DNA of 58,986 nucleotides, counting the filler, from Sphacelaria rigidula (Eukaryota): NCBI GenBank assembly GCA_964200075.2. It is 7 parts of 7 records of this genome, joined end to end, with 100 filler letters (N's around TTAATTAATTAA, not from the genome) between each part and the next. Parts side by side here need not be neighbours in the genome. Positions count along the whole stretch, not along the records: positions 16,883 to 25,223 come from CAXNAA020011458.1; positions 25,324 to 33,664 come from CAXNAA020011459.1; positions 33,765 to 42,105 come from CAXNAA020011460.1; 4 more parts are not named here. One strand, given 5' to 3'. The notes under the pieces were generated by a model that was not told where the DNA came from, made no database searches, and was given only the letters and a program-made list of their open reading frames with translations. This document shows, one piece after another, positions 24,485 through 37,419 of this stretch. Both the position numbers and the translations under genes were made by a program. Each line of letters starts with the position of its first letter. The first letter of the stretch is position 1.

Positions 24485-25223
24485 TGTCAGTTACATGCGA
24501 TGGGATTGGAGACCATAGTAGGCGTATATCTTGTACTCACGTACGCAATGTCTGATTGGGAAGTTCTACCTGTCATGGTGTTGGGGTAGCCTCACCCAGT
24601 CACTTCCTTCTCTTCCTTCTCTTCCTTCTCTTCCTTCTTTTCCTTCCTTGACTAGCTTAGTCAAGCTATGTAATACTACTCTTCTACATAAACATGATCG
24701 GTTCAGCCGTGTCCTTTGATCGACTTCATCAGTAGTGTCCAGCTGTCCCTGTTTATGGATCATGTGTCGAGGAACACTCTAGAGCGTCCATTTGATTTGC
24801 CCACGGCTTGTGGTCCAAACATTCGACCAAGATAGCAGGACCGAGGGACGCGGCCATACCCCCAATAGCAACCGGGGACGACGCGGACTTCCGGGGTAGC
24901 TCGTATGAAGCTAAGACAGCGATGTCCCGATTAGTGCACGGGGCACTGCCCGCGGGCGAGGAGAAGAAGTCAGGTGGTGAGACGCACCTCACCACGCGCC
25001 CGGGATTTGGGACGTCCGGGCGCAGCACGGTCGGAAGACCAGTTCAGGTCAGCTCTGCGGAGTGGAGTTTGTTCATGAGCTCTCCACTTCACCTGTGGGA
25101 GACGTATTCTATGGAAACGACGTCACCACTCAGCTGCAATGCTGTGCAGGGGGCGCGCACCGTCAACCTCGTGCGCGGAGAAGGGGTAAAGAATATTCAT
25201 CGGGGGCGTATGTCCCAAACGTG
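24485..25223 (+). mobile_element. Possible LTR (TG..CA, 24485-24731) plus start of a gag-like ORF, cut by contig end
   Basis: TGTCAG...TCATCA segment containing a (CTTCCTTCT)n run, then a PBS-like TAGTGTC and an ORF open to the linker. Assignment is weak. Confidence 0.25.
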
Positions 25224-25323
25224 NNNNNNNNNNNNNNNNNNNNNNNNNNNNNNNNNNNNNNNNNNNNTTAATTAATTAANNNNNNNNNNNNNNNNNNNNN
25301 NNNNNNNNNNNNNNNNNNNNNNN

Positions 25324-26990
25324 CGTTCTTGCTCCAATCCGAAATCCGGTCGGTGTCCATCTCCGTTTCCGAGCCGCAAATTGCAGATCCGGCAACGGTC
25401 TGACGTTGCCGCCCCCGCGTGGTGCCGTTCGGGGTGGTGTGTCGACAAGATGTTCACCCGTGTTCGTTGGATCTTCGTGAGGTCCGGCACACAAGAGACC
25501 TGTATGCATCGTTGGATCTTCCGGGTCTTCGGGCCGACCAACAGGGGGGGCTACACTCTTCTGGTCGTTGGGTTTCGGCCTTTTTCGGCAGGGTGTAGTT
25601 TTACCGACAATGGCTATGGTTGTGACTGCTCGGCGTAACTTGCGCTGAGACGGCGGTACGGCCACCGCTTCACAAAAAAAGGGCCACCACTTGACAGGAA
25701 AGGGACAACAGTATACCAAAAAAGGGTAGATATAAATTTTTAGCAGAGGGCAGGGTGTATCCTCCTGTTTTGCTTACATAAAACAGTAACACTTGTGAAA
25801 GTGAAAAAAAATGGTCGGGTATGCTGCCCAGGGACCTTGGGCGTAGGGCTGAGGTGCTGGAACGTGTTTTCGAGATGTTCGGCCAGCGTGCAGCGCCGCG
25901 CCCCAAAGCGAAAAAAGGCGCCACCCTTTTTTTCTCCAAAAGCATAAGGGTGTACCCTTTTTTGTATATTGCCCTAAAATTTTTACGAACGTGATTCACG
26001 TCACATTCACGTTCACGTATCACGTATCCCTCCCTGGAAAATTCTGTGGGGAAAAAACCAAATGTCAACTTCTTTTGAGAAACGAATAGAGAAAAGCACT
26101 TTGTGAACTCCGGTCGAGCCTTTTTTCCTGCTCTACAGTGTAGAAGGTGCTTGTGGAATTGTGGCGCACACTTCCTCCAAGTGGGTCGTCCACGCCATTT
26201 GCTGTTTTGCAGTTGATTTCTGATCGCGGGTACGCCTGAATCTTGTAGAACAGCGAGATTTACAGCTGGGCCAGCCGAGCGTCATTTGTTTTGCTTCACC
26301 AGCTGTGCTCAGCTGAGTTTGGCAATTGATTGCGGAGTGGAATTTCGACGTAAGCCGTACATAGCCAATACGCGGGATGCAGCTGAGGATTCCATGAAAA
26401 TAACGTATACTTCCCTCCCGCAAATTAAAGCGATTCGAAAGTCATGGGGAAAAAAAAAAATCACAACCCAAGCCACGAAACGAACATCTCTCCAAGGTTC
26501 ACTCAAAGTTTACGGACACATGCGCAGTAGGTCGTTGTGAACGTTTCCCTCGTAATTCGGGATACATGAGCTTCGCAAGCCGTCTCTTGTTTTTCCGTTC
26601 TAAAACATTTTTTTTCGATCGCGGGTATAGAGGTATGAGGTATAACCAGAGAATTTTCAAGACAAAAAACAGTCGGTGTCACACTACCGAAGCCTACCCA
26701 AGCGAGCAGCCACTGTCTGACCAGGATAATCGGGTGCGATTAAAAATAAAATAAAATAAAAATCGACACTTTTTTCCCCCTCGGAAAGGGAAAAAAAACG
26801 GCCATTTTTGGGGCCGACTACTCTTTTGCAGCCGTTCGGCGGTATGGTTCAAGCACGAGCTGCAAATTTCGAACACATTTTCTTGACCCAAAAAAACACC
26901 GTAGAGTTCATTTAAAAAAAAAAAAACGGTCGGACATCGTTAAAGGCCCGTACAAATTTAGGTACCTTTACTCATGGGACAGAGGAAGTA
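25324..26990. mobile_element. Stowaway/mariner-like non-autonomous element, right part
   Basis: Ends ATGGGACAGAGGAAG|TA at 26988, with the same subterminal sequence as 16883-16951. Left extent is uncertain because the contig begins at 25324. Confidence 0.5.
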
Positions 26991-28499
26991 TGATCAAGTA
27001 TATGATCACATCTTGCCCCCAAATTGATTGACTACAGCAACTCAGCAAATGCAGCATCAGCAGGAGCGACGCTGCGTAGTGTCCTCGTTTGTGCGCGTGC
27101 TTGTGGTCCAGCTCTTTGTACCACCTCGTGCTGAAAAGCAGCGCAATTCTCCACGGACGGTCACGAGGGCAAGAGGGATACTGTACTCAAACGCCTCCTT
27201 GAACGGAGTGCTCAGGATTTGTGAGGATCATAAGTAAATTTGCATAATTTTCCGCTTCAAGCCTTTGACCGCGACGGTAGGTTATCTGTTTATGCAGTTA
27301 TTTTTCAAAAGAAACTGATGCTGATGTAACAGATGGTATATGCTCCCGGACAAAGGGTTAAAGAGTGATTCTACCAAGTAGTAAGATCTACTGTTCGAAC
27401 GAGTCACGCTCTCACGGAAATTGGGGGTCCTACGAGTGTGCAGCCTCCGGTTCTCGCTCTTGAATATATTCGCTTGACCGAATCGATCCGGATCGCCATT
27501 ATCAACAATTTTTCTCGATATCCATCACGCTACAGCCGAAAAAAACGTGTTCTAGGGTATCATATACGGACAATGACACCCTCTCGATAAACGACGTTTT
27601 ACTCTGTACTATTTAAGCAACACAAAATCGGGAATGTATCCTGAGCACGACCTGTTTTGTTCTTTACGCCTACCGACTCTCAAACTTTCGAGTGAAGGTG
27701 ACAAATCATCTGCGAAAAATCCAGAGTGAGTAAATATCACAGTTAAACTTTTGACTACTGTACCAGGTACACCTGTGTGCCATGTTCCACCAACAGTGGG
27801 GTGTCTCGCATGATCTTTGAAGTTGGGTTGCTTCTCCACTTCATTAGTTCTGTCCGAAACGCACGCAACACAGCGTGTAAGCTCAACGCTTTGTCTCCCC
27901 TGAAAAAATCCGACAGCTCGTCTGTTCGCTGCGGATTTATAAGCTATCACACTCCTAGCGTAGAACGGTCATGGCAAGACGGGTACTGTCCGTGTGACGA
28001 TGGTTTGTGGTCCAACTTGCCATTACAAGAGGTGTGCCTTTTCTACACTAAAGTCAATTTGGTACTGTCGGCGATACACGGTGTGCGATGCGCTGTAGTT
28101 GTTGTGAATGCCTCCCCGTCTTCGCTGCTTGCGGGAGAACACAGCGACCCTATGGCTGATGAGTAGATGACTAGGTTGAAAAATGCACTCCTGGGTGGGG
28201 GCGGGCAGCGGCCACGTACCACACGAATCCAGCGAGGTTGGTCGCGGCAAGACGGCCTCGACATCTCTCGGGACCAAGCTAAGAGCGGCCGATGCGTTCA
28301 AGTATATTACGCAGTAGTGATGTGATCGAACAAACAGTTGCAAAACAAATAAACGTGACCGCATGCACAAAATAATAACTTCACGGGCCTCTACGAGAGA
28401 CGTGAATACAGCGCGAGGGAAGCGAAATATGTTCCGATCTAGTACAGGAGCATACAAAAGAGAACGAACTGTCTGAGGCCACAGCCTCCTTCTCACCAT

Positions 28500-28720
28500 G
28501 ACCTCGGCTCCGGCTGCGGCTCCGACTCCGACTCCGGCTCCGGCTCCGGCTTCCACTCCTACTCCTGCTCCTGCTACCATCGCTGGAGCTGCTGCTAGAA
28601 CTGCTGGAAGAGGAACTGGAGCTACTCCTGGACTTGCTCCCGCGGCTGGATCTCGAGCCCGATCTAGACCGCAATCTAGACTTGGAACCGCCGCCACTGC
28701 CCCCGCCTCCCGCGCTCGCT
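28500..28720. repeat. Degenerate hexamer tandem repeat (GGCTCC/GACTCC/GCTCCT)
   Basis: Directly visible; gives AP-, GA/GV- and RS-repeat ORFs in several frames. Confidence 0.8.
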
Positions 28721-29520
28721 GTAGCAGGGGCTGCCATCTCTCTCGTACTGCTGTTTTTGAATGCCCTTCCTTGCTCAAAGCACTAGCGTTTCTCAAGCGA
28801 TTGCGGCAGCAATCAAAGACGAGTGTATCGCTTTCCCACGCAAAGGATTCAAGAGGAGCACCGACAGCTAAATACCTTGCCAACAGTTGTTGTGCCGTGG
28901 ATACATGCAGTGCCAATTTCCGATGTCGGCGAGCTGATGGCGGTGACCCATTACAGAGGCCGTGGAATATAACCTGATATCCCGAGATACGTATTTTGTG
29001 TGTTACACAATTTTATTCAAGCTCGTATTACTACGCGGACCCGCGCCCAATGAATGATTCATTATTCTACAAGGGGCTCCCATCTGGGCTACCATTCAAA
29101 ATACAGTATGGAAGAAAAGTGTTTTTATTTTCAAAATAAAAGTGTATTAACGCTGGTTGTGAAAGATGAAGAGTAAATTCATTAATGTATATAATTTCAC
29201 CAGACTGTATCACTGAGGTGTGATCAACGGCACTTGCCGGATCTTCCAGTCATAAATGACGTTTTGCGATGCGTTCTGCTATAGGCATGGGTCCAACGCG
29301 CCAGTAGATGGACGTCGACTGAGGGTCTGCTTGGGCGAGCAAGAAGTCGGCATTCGTTGCAGAACCTGTCGCTCTGTTAGCCTTCTGCTGCTATCCTGTA
29401 AGTACCTTGCGCGCTGTATTTATATTTTTCTCTCCGTCAGCCTATCGACAACAACAACGCGCGGTAAGATACAGTCAGTGTCGACTCCTCGATATCCTCT
29501 GCTGACTGGGTTGGCAGAAA

Positions 29521-30279
29521 ATGCTTCTCTCGTCGATCGTCGGTGGCACGGGAGTCGCCAAAGAAGGCATCCTCTCTGACGTGCTTGTCAAGGGTGCTGG
29601 AAGTGCCGCCTTTATTCTCTACAACGCCGACACATGGCAATGGTACCACTACCCGCTCTGGCTCGCAGTCATCCTTCTGGGGCTCGAGATCGTTGCTTCA
29701 CTAGTTCATGTCCTCGGACGAAGAACCGGCGCCCAAATCATCCGCTCTCGAGGGAAACACCTCGACAACTTCGAGCCTCTCGACAACCTGTTCGTAGCGT
29801 TCAACCGATGTAGCACAGCGGTATTTACGTATCACGCTATCCGGTACCTCTGGTATGCGTCGTATTGGAACAGAGACAGAGACAGAGGCAGTGGCAGCGG
29901 AGGCGGAGGAAGGGTTCCCTGGGACCTGCCAAGTCTTGGTGTGGCGAGCGGGATAGTGGCATTCTTGGCGCTGTACGTCGTGTACGACTTGTTCTACACG
30001 GTTTTTCACCGAGCGCTTCACCTTCGGGGAGTGTACAGGTTCGTGCACAAACACCACCACAGGCAGAAGGCTCCCTCCAGAGGTAACGCGGACGCGGTGA
30101 ACGTTCACCCGTTCGAGTTTTTGTGCGGGGAGTACAATCACTTGCTAGCGATACACCTGGTTGCGACGTATATAACGAAGGTGCATGTGGTGGCCGCGGC
30201 GGCTTTCGTTGTCTCTGGCGGCTTCCTGGCGAGCTTGAACCATACGCGGTTCGATGTCCGCATCCCAGGGGTTTATGAG
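29521..30279 (+). CDS. Fatty acid hydroxylase / sterol desaturase superfamily membrane di-iron enzyme, exon 1
   Basis: 253 codons from ATG 29521 with several hydrophobic segments and His boxes YDLFYTVFHRALH, VHKHHH, HPFE and LNH. GTGAGT donor at 30280 (phase 0). Confidence 0.92.
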
Positions 30280-31267
30280 GTGAGTTGGTTCTTGTCGTGC
30301 GCAAAGCGGTCAGCATGGCGTAGTAGATAGTGGCCAACAAGAAGCGGGGAAGAGAGTGGCAGACGGGCTAGCTGACTGAGACAGGAAAGAGACAAACGTG
30401 GACAAAAATAACGGACGGACGAACTGCGTAGGGGACAAATGTTTCGGTGACTTTGCCGTGGCCTCAACTCTCTATCACTACATGTGGGCGCTTCGCTAGC
30501 CACTCTTCTGTGCTGGCGAGTGAACGTGGTGCGGAATGACTTGGAGTGGCCCACAGTGAGAGCAAGTTTTAATCACCACCAACAGTTGTGAACCCCTGCA
30601 GCGTTTGTGAGATCTGACAGTCCCGGCGATTTTAGGAGGATGACGATCGTAAAGGCGTAGATGCACGCTAGTGGGCCGCCCGGGCCCTTGACATTTTTTT
30701 CTTTTCCGCAATTACTATGAGGAATAGGGTTGCAGCGTACAAGGGACATGGTTGACAGGGCAGCTTGGGGGTTCTCGCAAGCCGTGTCGGCCGGAGGCTC
30801 AGCAGCAAACAGCCGCGGATGCAAGCAGGGGTTCGCGGGAGGGACAAGCTTATCGTTGCGGGTCCATGTCTGTTGCGGGTGTGCTCATCAACGTCTGTTC
30901 GTCCTGCATACTTCGTGCAGGAGGAGATTTTTCCGCAAACCTTTGCCCCATTATGATAACACCCCCAGCCACTCTACCACGGGTCGCCTGCAGTGTGTCT
31001 AATCCTCACCAAATATGCCACGCCCTTCAGGTTCAGCAACAAAAAGTTGGGTGTGTGTTGATCACATGCATGTGCTACTCGATGTTGGCGCCATACAAAG
31101 CTATAAAAAGTACCGGTTGGCTGTCGGGTGCTAAAATTGTCACGGCCAAGGACCCATCTCAGGCCGGAACCATTCTTGTCGCGTACAATTAGCACAAAAA
31201 AGGTATGTCATGTATGCTTCCCATGTATGCGTGCTTCGCACCAATTTCCGTCGGCATAACACCATCA

Positions 31268-31485
31268 CCCGTAATTGTGCGAGTCATCGCACACCCTCTG
31301 AACCGAATTTCAAAACTCGATTACTCCATGAAGAGGGTGCCAATACCAAACGACGCGTTTTCGGACAGCTATCGACGAGATCTTTCCAGCGTCACCCTTC
31401 TCAGAACTGATGCTTCTCTTGTTGTGGAGTAATCGAGCTTTGAAATTCGATCCAGGGGATGTGCGATGACTCGCACAATTACGGG
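31268..31485. mobile_element. 218-nt MITE with about 60-nt TIRs (Tc1/mariner-pogo-like) in the hydroxylase intron
   Basis: CCCGTAATTGTGCGAGTCATCGCACA... and its near-exact inverse ending AATTACGGG. Flanks CA / TA. Confidence 0.8.
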
Positions 31486-32518
31486 TAAGTTGGAAATGGA
31501 GTGTGTTCGATTCCCGCCAGATGCGTCTAGCTTGAGTTTTTTTTTTTCGTTCCTCATTAGTATTTGATTTCTGTCGTTGGAAACGTGAGGGCGTGATTAG
31601 CAAAAATAGTACGTTCAACGGAGTTTTGTTAGATAGACGCCAGTCGACGCGGTGCGGGAGTGCTGGTCATGATCTAATCCACCACCTCACAATGTCGAGC
31701 GTATACCGGGTGAGATATGAATCGATTCCTTGAGGTCACGGATTCGTCCCGAGGAAGGGGAGGGGTGTTAGAGGTGTTTTTATTTCATTTCATGAAAGAA
31801 CGCGCACTCGGGATGTGTACCGAAGCGGGCACAAGGTTTAGAAGATGTGAGCGAGGTCTGTTCTCCAGTCGCCTTCCAAAGTACAGTAGCTCCTTGGCGA
31901 CGAATGTAACTCGCCTACCCGCGAAAGCAAATGAGACGATCTTCGCGCAGCCTCGGGGTTAGTACCTGTAGATCCCCAGTCTCCGGGTGTCATGGAAGGG
32001 ACCATTGGTGGGTGTTGGTAAAAAGTCGGGTCGAGCGTTGCAGCAAACTCGTATTGGGTGAGAGACGACTGGAGTAAACAACTGTATCGTCCTCGACCTC
32101 CTCCACGTAAACGAGGTTCAAGTTTAACCCGTCGCATATGATGTGCCTGCAACTGCCACAATGCACGAAAGAAGGTGGCAATAGCACTTTGATGAGCTCC
32201 CATTATATAGGCCGGTTGCCCTTCTGCGAGTCGCCGACTGCCTCGATTCTCGCCTAAAACCTCGATACAGCCGCAGCGTCGCGGGGGACGGGGGAGGGTA
32301 TTGGAGATGGGGGACACAGAGGGCAAACCTAAGCCGATAGATGTGCCCAAGCATGCTCGCCGCATTCTTCAGTTGAGGCGACGTCCGAACATTCCCTGTA
32401 TCCATAACACCGCTCATAGACAACTATGGTGTGTCGATCGAGCACAAAGAATTTGTTCTTGTGCGTACGATCTCAAGACCCTCCAACCCCCGCGCATGCC
32501 TCCCCTCTCTCACGCCAG

Positions 32519-32704
32519 GTGCGATATCACGACATTCACCATTGGTATCCAGAGTGCAACTACGGACAGTATACCATGTTGTGGGACTGGATCATGGGTA
32601 GTCTAAAGCCGTACCCCAAAGATGATGGCGAGGAAGGCAAAGCTCCGGGACGAACAGCTCGGGGGGGAACAACAGCAACAGTGGAGAAGGAGAAAGCGGG
32701 CTGA
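32519..32704 (+). CDS. Fatty acid hydroxylase / sterol desaturase superfamily gene, exon 2 (about 314 aa spliced)
   Basis: Pyrimidine tract and CAG acceptor (32516-32518). VRYHDIHHWYPECNYGQYTMLWDWIMGS supplies the final HxxHH box and NYG..WD..GT/S motif; TGA ends at 32704. Confidence 0.92.
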   Translation: MRYHDIHHWYPECNYGQYTMLWDWIMGSLKPYPKDDGEEGKAPGRTARGGTTATVEKEKAG

Positions 32705-35369
32705 CTGATGGTACCCCGTGTTTGTACATTTAATTTTACGGCAGCTAGAGGGATGTTGTGTGTCGAGCGATAGGTACAGCGTCCATGCGTTCATGTACAG
32801 AGTGTGTGTGAAAGCGTGGCTCATCGTGAGGTTCCAGTGAGGAGGGTATTGTTGTTGTACGTGTAATACGTTGTGAGGGGAGTTTGAGTTTGTTTTAATC
32901 GCGGGTGGATTGTTCGTGGCGGGTCATGGTCCAGACAAGTGTTTTGGTAGTTTTGTGTTCTATGCGGTGGTTGGCTGGGTTGCCGTAGAGCGAGGACGGA
33001 TTTTGTTGGAACGACGCCTACTCGGGGGCTTACAGCAGTCCTCCTAGTGTCGAGAGCATTTTTTTTTGTTTTGTGCCTCGTGTTCGGCTTTTTTCCACTG
33101 CGGTGTTTCGGTGGTGTGTGGATCAGTATGACTTGGAACCCTTCACACGTTGGTCTGACCATTGCTGGCAATGACGCACGACAGCATTTGCAGACGTGTC
33201 GAAATCATGGGTAAATACCAATTACCACGCCCGTTTTTGTACATTCATAAGCCTAACGCGTGACGTGTTCTTGTTTTTCCACATGGGATTTATTTGTACG
33301 TAGCGCCTGGGGGAAATGCTTGTGTGCAACGTACGTGTCAACAATCGTGATCGCGCACAGCCTGGTCTACGACCGCACATGCCTTCTCTGCGCCGTGCGG
33401 TGGTGATCTGCCTACAAGAAGGTTCGTCAGGAGCGATGCACATCTCAACACTCGGACAGCTCCAGGATCCCTCATTCCACCCACGAGGCTCAGCGATTTT
33501 GTTGGATCCGGAGTGTTCCGAAATGTCCATGGTTAGGACGAATCATCACGACTAAGAATCTCCAAATCTACGATTTCTTCGGCCTGATTGCCCGAAAGAG
33601 AGAAAAAAGCTGACCGCTGGTCCAAGGGGTATCCACGCAACTTTTGCGCCATTCCACGTGTCTGNNNNNNNNNNNNNNNNNNNNNNNNNNNNNNNNNNNN
33701 NNNNNNNNTTAATTAATTAANNNNNNNNNNNNNNNNNNNNNNNNNNNNNNNNNNNNNNNNNNNNGCTCCGTCTCGAAAGGGATGCATGGTCAATGGTCAA
33801 ACGACTAAGGCAAGCAACAAATGAGTACGCCGCCCCCCGGCCACCGCCGCTGTCGCCTTTGTCGATCTCGCTGTCACTGCTCTCATCGCCATAAATGAGG
33901 TCAACGCCTCCGTACAACGAGCGACTGTCGGTAGACGCCAAGCTCCCCAAAGAGCAAGGGGCGGGAGAGCAAGGGGGAGACGAGTGATGAATGTGAGAAG
34001 TCCATTTTGTGGTGCTGTTTAAGTAAGTAGCGTTGGAAGCGGTGGCTCCCACTTGTCCGTGTGGTTTTGTTGGAGGCCAATTTCAGGGTACTAGTCAGTT
34101 GAAGGCGGAGCTTGAGTGATGGACTTCCCGCGTGTTTCTAATTCCGGTTGTCTTTCTCGTTGTTTAAGGAGGGAACAATATATTGCCCTCTGATGGTAGA
34201 TGAACATTATTGAGAGAAGGTCTGCAAGTACCGTCTACCCGACTTTCATACAGCACATGAGGTGATCGATTCACCACTGCTAGCGTGTACCTGTATCACA
34301 TCTTAGCCCTCACATTCGAGTTCGCTGTGATGTTCTGTTTTTGGATGGTCCCATGCGCTCTAGGCTTTCTCGTTAGCTTGCTCTATTGTCTGCTATGCGC
34401 GTTGGACCTTCTCCACTTATCCATGCTGGGATAGTCGATACACACACTTTCTATTTTCCCATCTCTTTCCAAATGCACCGTTGAATTTGAGAAATGACGT
34501 GAAAAACATGATAGTGTGGCTACCGCATGCGACCACAAACGTAGATCTATTTATGCCGTTTTCCGTTCGCCCCATCCGTTTTTGCCTCTCGCCCTGCCAT
34601 TCTCTCTCCCAAAGCAACACGAACACCTGCTGCACCGCACAGCGCGACGGCAAGCTCGTCAAGGCGCTCTCCGACGTTCAACAGGCGCTCCCGGAGCCCG
34701 CGATCTCTTGCATCCCGCGAGAGGAGGGGGAGCTCTTGCTTGGGCAGCATCAGCAGGCGCTGCAGCTCAGGTAGTGGCAGCGGTGGCGACAAATCGATTA
34801 CAGCAGCGCACAGTATCAGTAGGAGCAGCCCGCCGCCCTCCCTGCTACCCCGCCTATCGCCTGCTGTCCGTGCACCAGCAATCCAGCATGATGTGCAGCA
34901 CTGCTCCTCATCATCTCCGCCGCGGTGTCAGCAGTCGACTAGCCACTTCGTGAGTCTGAGGCGAGGCGCTCCCAGTGCTTCCAATGCAGCAGTAGTCGAG
35001 CAAGGGCAGCGGCACTCATCATCTTCGCCTTCGCCGCCTCGACTGTCCCCTAGCCGCTGCATGGATCTGGAAAATGACAACACAATGGGAATAGTAGGTC
35101 AGTTACGTGCCTGATAGGTAATGCTTGCAACCTCACCAACGGTTTCGATGCTATTTGCGTATTTAGCTGTAAGCAACAGGAATCACAGGGTGAAGTAGAA
35201 TCAGGACCGCGAGCTGAATGGAGTTGGTTTGTACTTCTACGCCAGCGGAGGCGTGTAACGACACCTGATGTATGATAGTCACCGAGTCGACACGGATATA
35301 GCTTACTTAGCTCTTCCACCACCCAGCTTGAGACGTTTTTGCAGTGAGCACCGGATAATGTTACCGTCA

Positions 35370-37320
35370 TAGATGTGTAATAGCATGTTGACATGACATT
35401 ATATACCGATATTCTCTTTTCACCACCATGAAGAGTGTTAGATGAAAAGGCATTTGTGGAATGTTGCCACATGAGCAACATTTTTTCAGTGATACGTCAC
35501 ACAACAGTATGGCATCACACCCCGCGGGAAAACGTGAAACGATGGCCACCACGGGGGTAGCAAATTCAATTAGCGTGTAGCCGACGACGTTCTCAATGAC
35601 GTGTTATGAATGCTCGACACCGGCCACAACAAATACCGCGAACATGTCGCAGTCGCCCGAGCAGTCATTCAACTGCTTCACAGCGACATGTGCATATGCT
35701 TTGATGCATTTCTTCCAGGAAATGTCCTGCAAATGTGGGCAGGAGTAGCACCGGGAGGGGTAGTGGGACCGTTCGGGGGGCCGCCAGCCGGCCGTTGCGC
35801 AAATGATGGGGATTGCGGTGGCGGGAGTGGTAACTGCGCCAAGCTCGATCACGGCGGAGGTGGACGGGGTTCGACAGGATCGAGGTTCGGAGAAGCTGGG
35901 GTGGAAGAATATGGCGGGCGAGGGAGCGGCGGTCATGAAAATGGCAGAGGTGGTGGTAGAGATGGGAGCGGCGGGAGCGGCCGGAGGGGTCGGGCATGGA
36001 TGACGGGTCTGAAAAATATATTCATACCGTGGTGAGATTGTTATTAGGGATGATGAGAGCTATGGAAGTATGCAAAGTCTGAACCATGAGGGCAACAATG
36101 AAGATCTACATTCTCCCGAAAGCACGAAACGAAAACGACTCAGGTCATGCCTGGGTAAGAAGCTAGGTCGGCAGGTAAAAGGACGAGCTCTTCACAATGT
36201 GCCTTCTACAGTCATACAGGGAATTGCCAGTTGCTACTTCCGTCTTTGCTAGCGGTTTTCTGTAATTCAAGCAGGTTCTCAGGGACTATGCCATTCGGAG
36301 ACACCAGTCATCAGTAGAACATAGGCGGGTCCCATCAAGAATAATGAAGAGATATCACTAGATCTCTGCTCGAGACCTACGGCCACCCGGTCCTCCATCC
36401 AACACACCTACCCGATGCTGCTTACATGACGAACGCTGCACCTTGGCCAGATTTGTGCTGCGGGCTGTTGTTTTGTCCGGAAACAACGAATTTGGATCAA
36501 ACGTAGCCGTTCCATGTCGATTCGAATGCTGAACTTTCATGTTGCAAGGACTGACTGTTTCTATTCCCGAAATATCTCTTTGGGAACTACAGGCAACGGC
36601 TTGGGGTGTCTCACACGCATGTGCTTTCCAAACACAAAGATCGTGATCGATGTTGAGTGATGCGAAGGTAGGGGTATACAACATATTTATCACGTTTTAA
36701 TTGTTAGAAGCCCTTTATCTCATCCACAAAGAGAATGATGAAGTATGTGAGAGCACGGCATGATTAGCATTTCAATGGTCTAAGAATGTAAATGAAAGGC
36801 GAATGTCCTGACCCATATTCTTGTGTGGACCCTAACTTCAGGAGCCCCTGAGTGAGAAACGTTTGGGTGCAAAGGTGCAACCCTTACCGTGAAATGACGC
36901 TGTTCACTGGAACTTGTCGACCGCAAAGTCGAGATGATTGGGTATTCGAAGATATGGAACATTCCCCCGCATCTACAGTGACCAAAAAGCCATTTTAGCT
37001 CAAAAAAGGGAGCAAGGAAAATCGCTCTCGTCTTTTGTATCCCGATATGGATACGTGCCAGCTTTCAACTCGCAGCTTCAAAACCAAGAAATACAGCACT
37101 TGAAGGCCACATGGCTACCAGGGGTACACCAGCGTTGCGTCCAACCCAACATTCTTGTGCGGGCAATGTGGTACTTACTCTGTCCCTGCTTTTCGTCATG
37201 ATTTTGACGAGCTATGGTGGGAAAATTCTACAGACGGGTACGAGTTCATGTTGCCAGGGTCCTGATAGTGGGTCGATTCTTGTGTTCAAGTCTTGACTTT
37301 AAGTCCTATTTTCAGATCTT
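35370..37320 (-). mobile_element. Decayed Mutator-like (MULE) transposase
   Basis: Collinear minus-strand motifs: AGTY..FLAPF..GFLVTVDAG (first Asp, about 36962-37070), ILFVDEIKGF..YP..HR..LC (second Asp, about 36630-36740), NGIVPENL, and SWIM-like VSLKKCCSCG...SCQHAI (about 35378-35495). Many stops. Confidence 0.5.
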
Positions 37321-37419
37321 ACGATATGCAGGTGTCACTACGTCGTTCCGAAATAACCCGAGTATCACAATATAGCAATTACTTCACTTAGCTTTTTCGC
37401 CCTTGAAGAGCCTTGGATG

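Noticed and set aside
28381..28737. SR splicing-factor-like RS-repeat ORF, and the overlapping 297-aa and AP-repeat ORFs
   Set aside because: All arise from one stop-free hexamer repeat read in different frames; no RRM or other domain.
8609..32704. Functional clustering of SmB with the hydroxylase or other genes
   Set aside because: They are on different contigs joined artificially.
35604..35730. Ulp1/C48 protease motif (KQLNDCSGDCDMF)
   Set aside because: No upstream HW/DS motifs, and it lies between the DDE-like and SWIM-like parts of the MULE remnant, where Ulp1 is not expected.
35610..36035. Gly-rich 141-aa plus-strand ORF
   Set aside because: Product of a G-rich low-complexity tract, the complement of a C-rich intron-like region; no coding signals.
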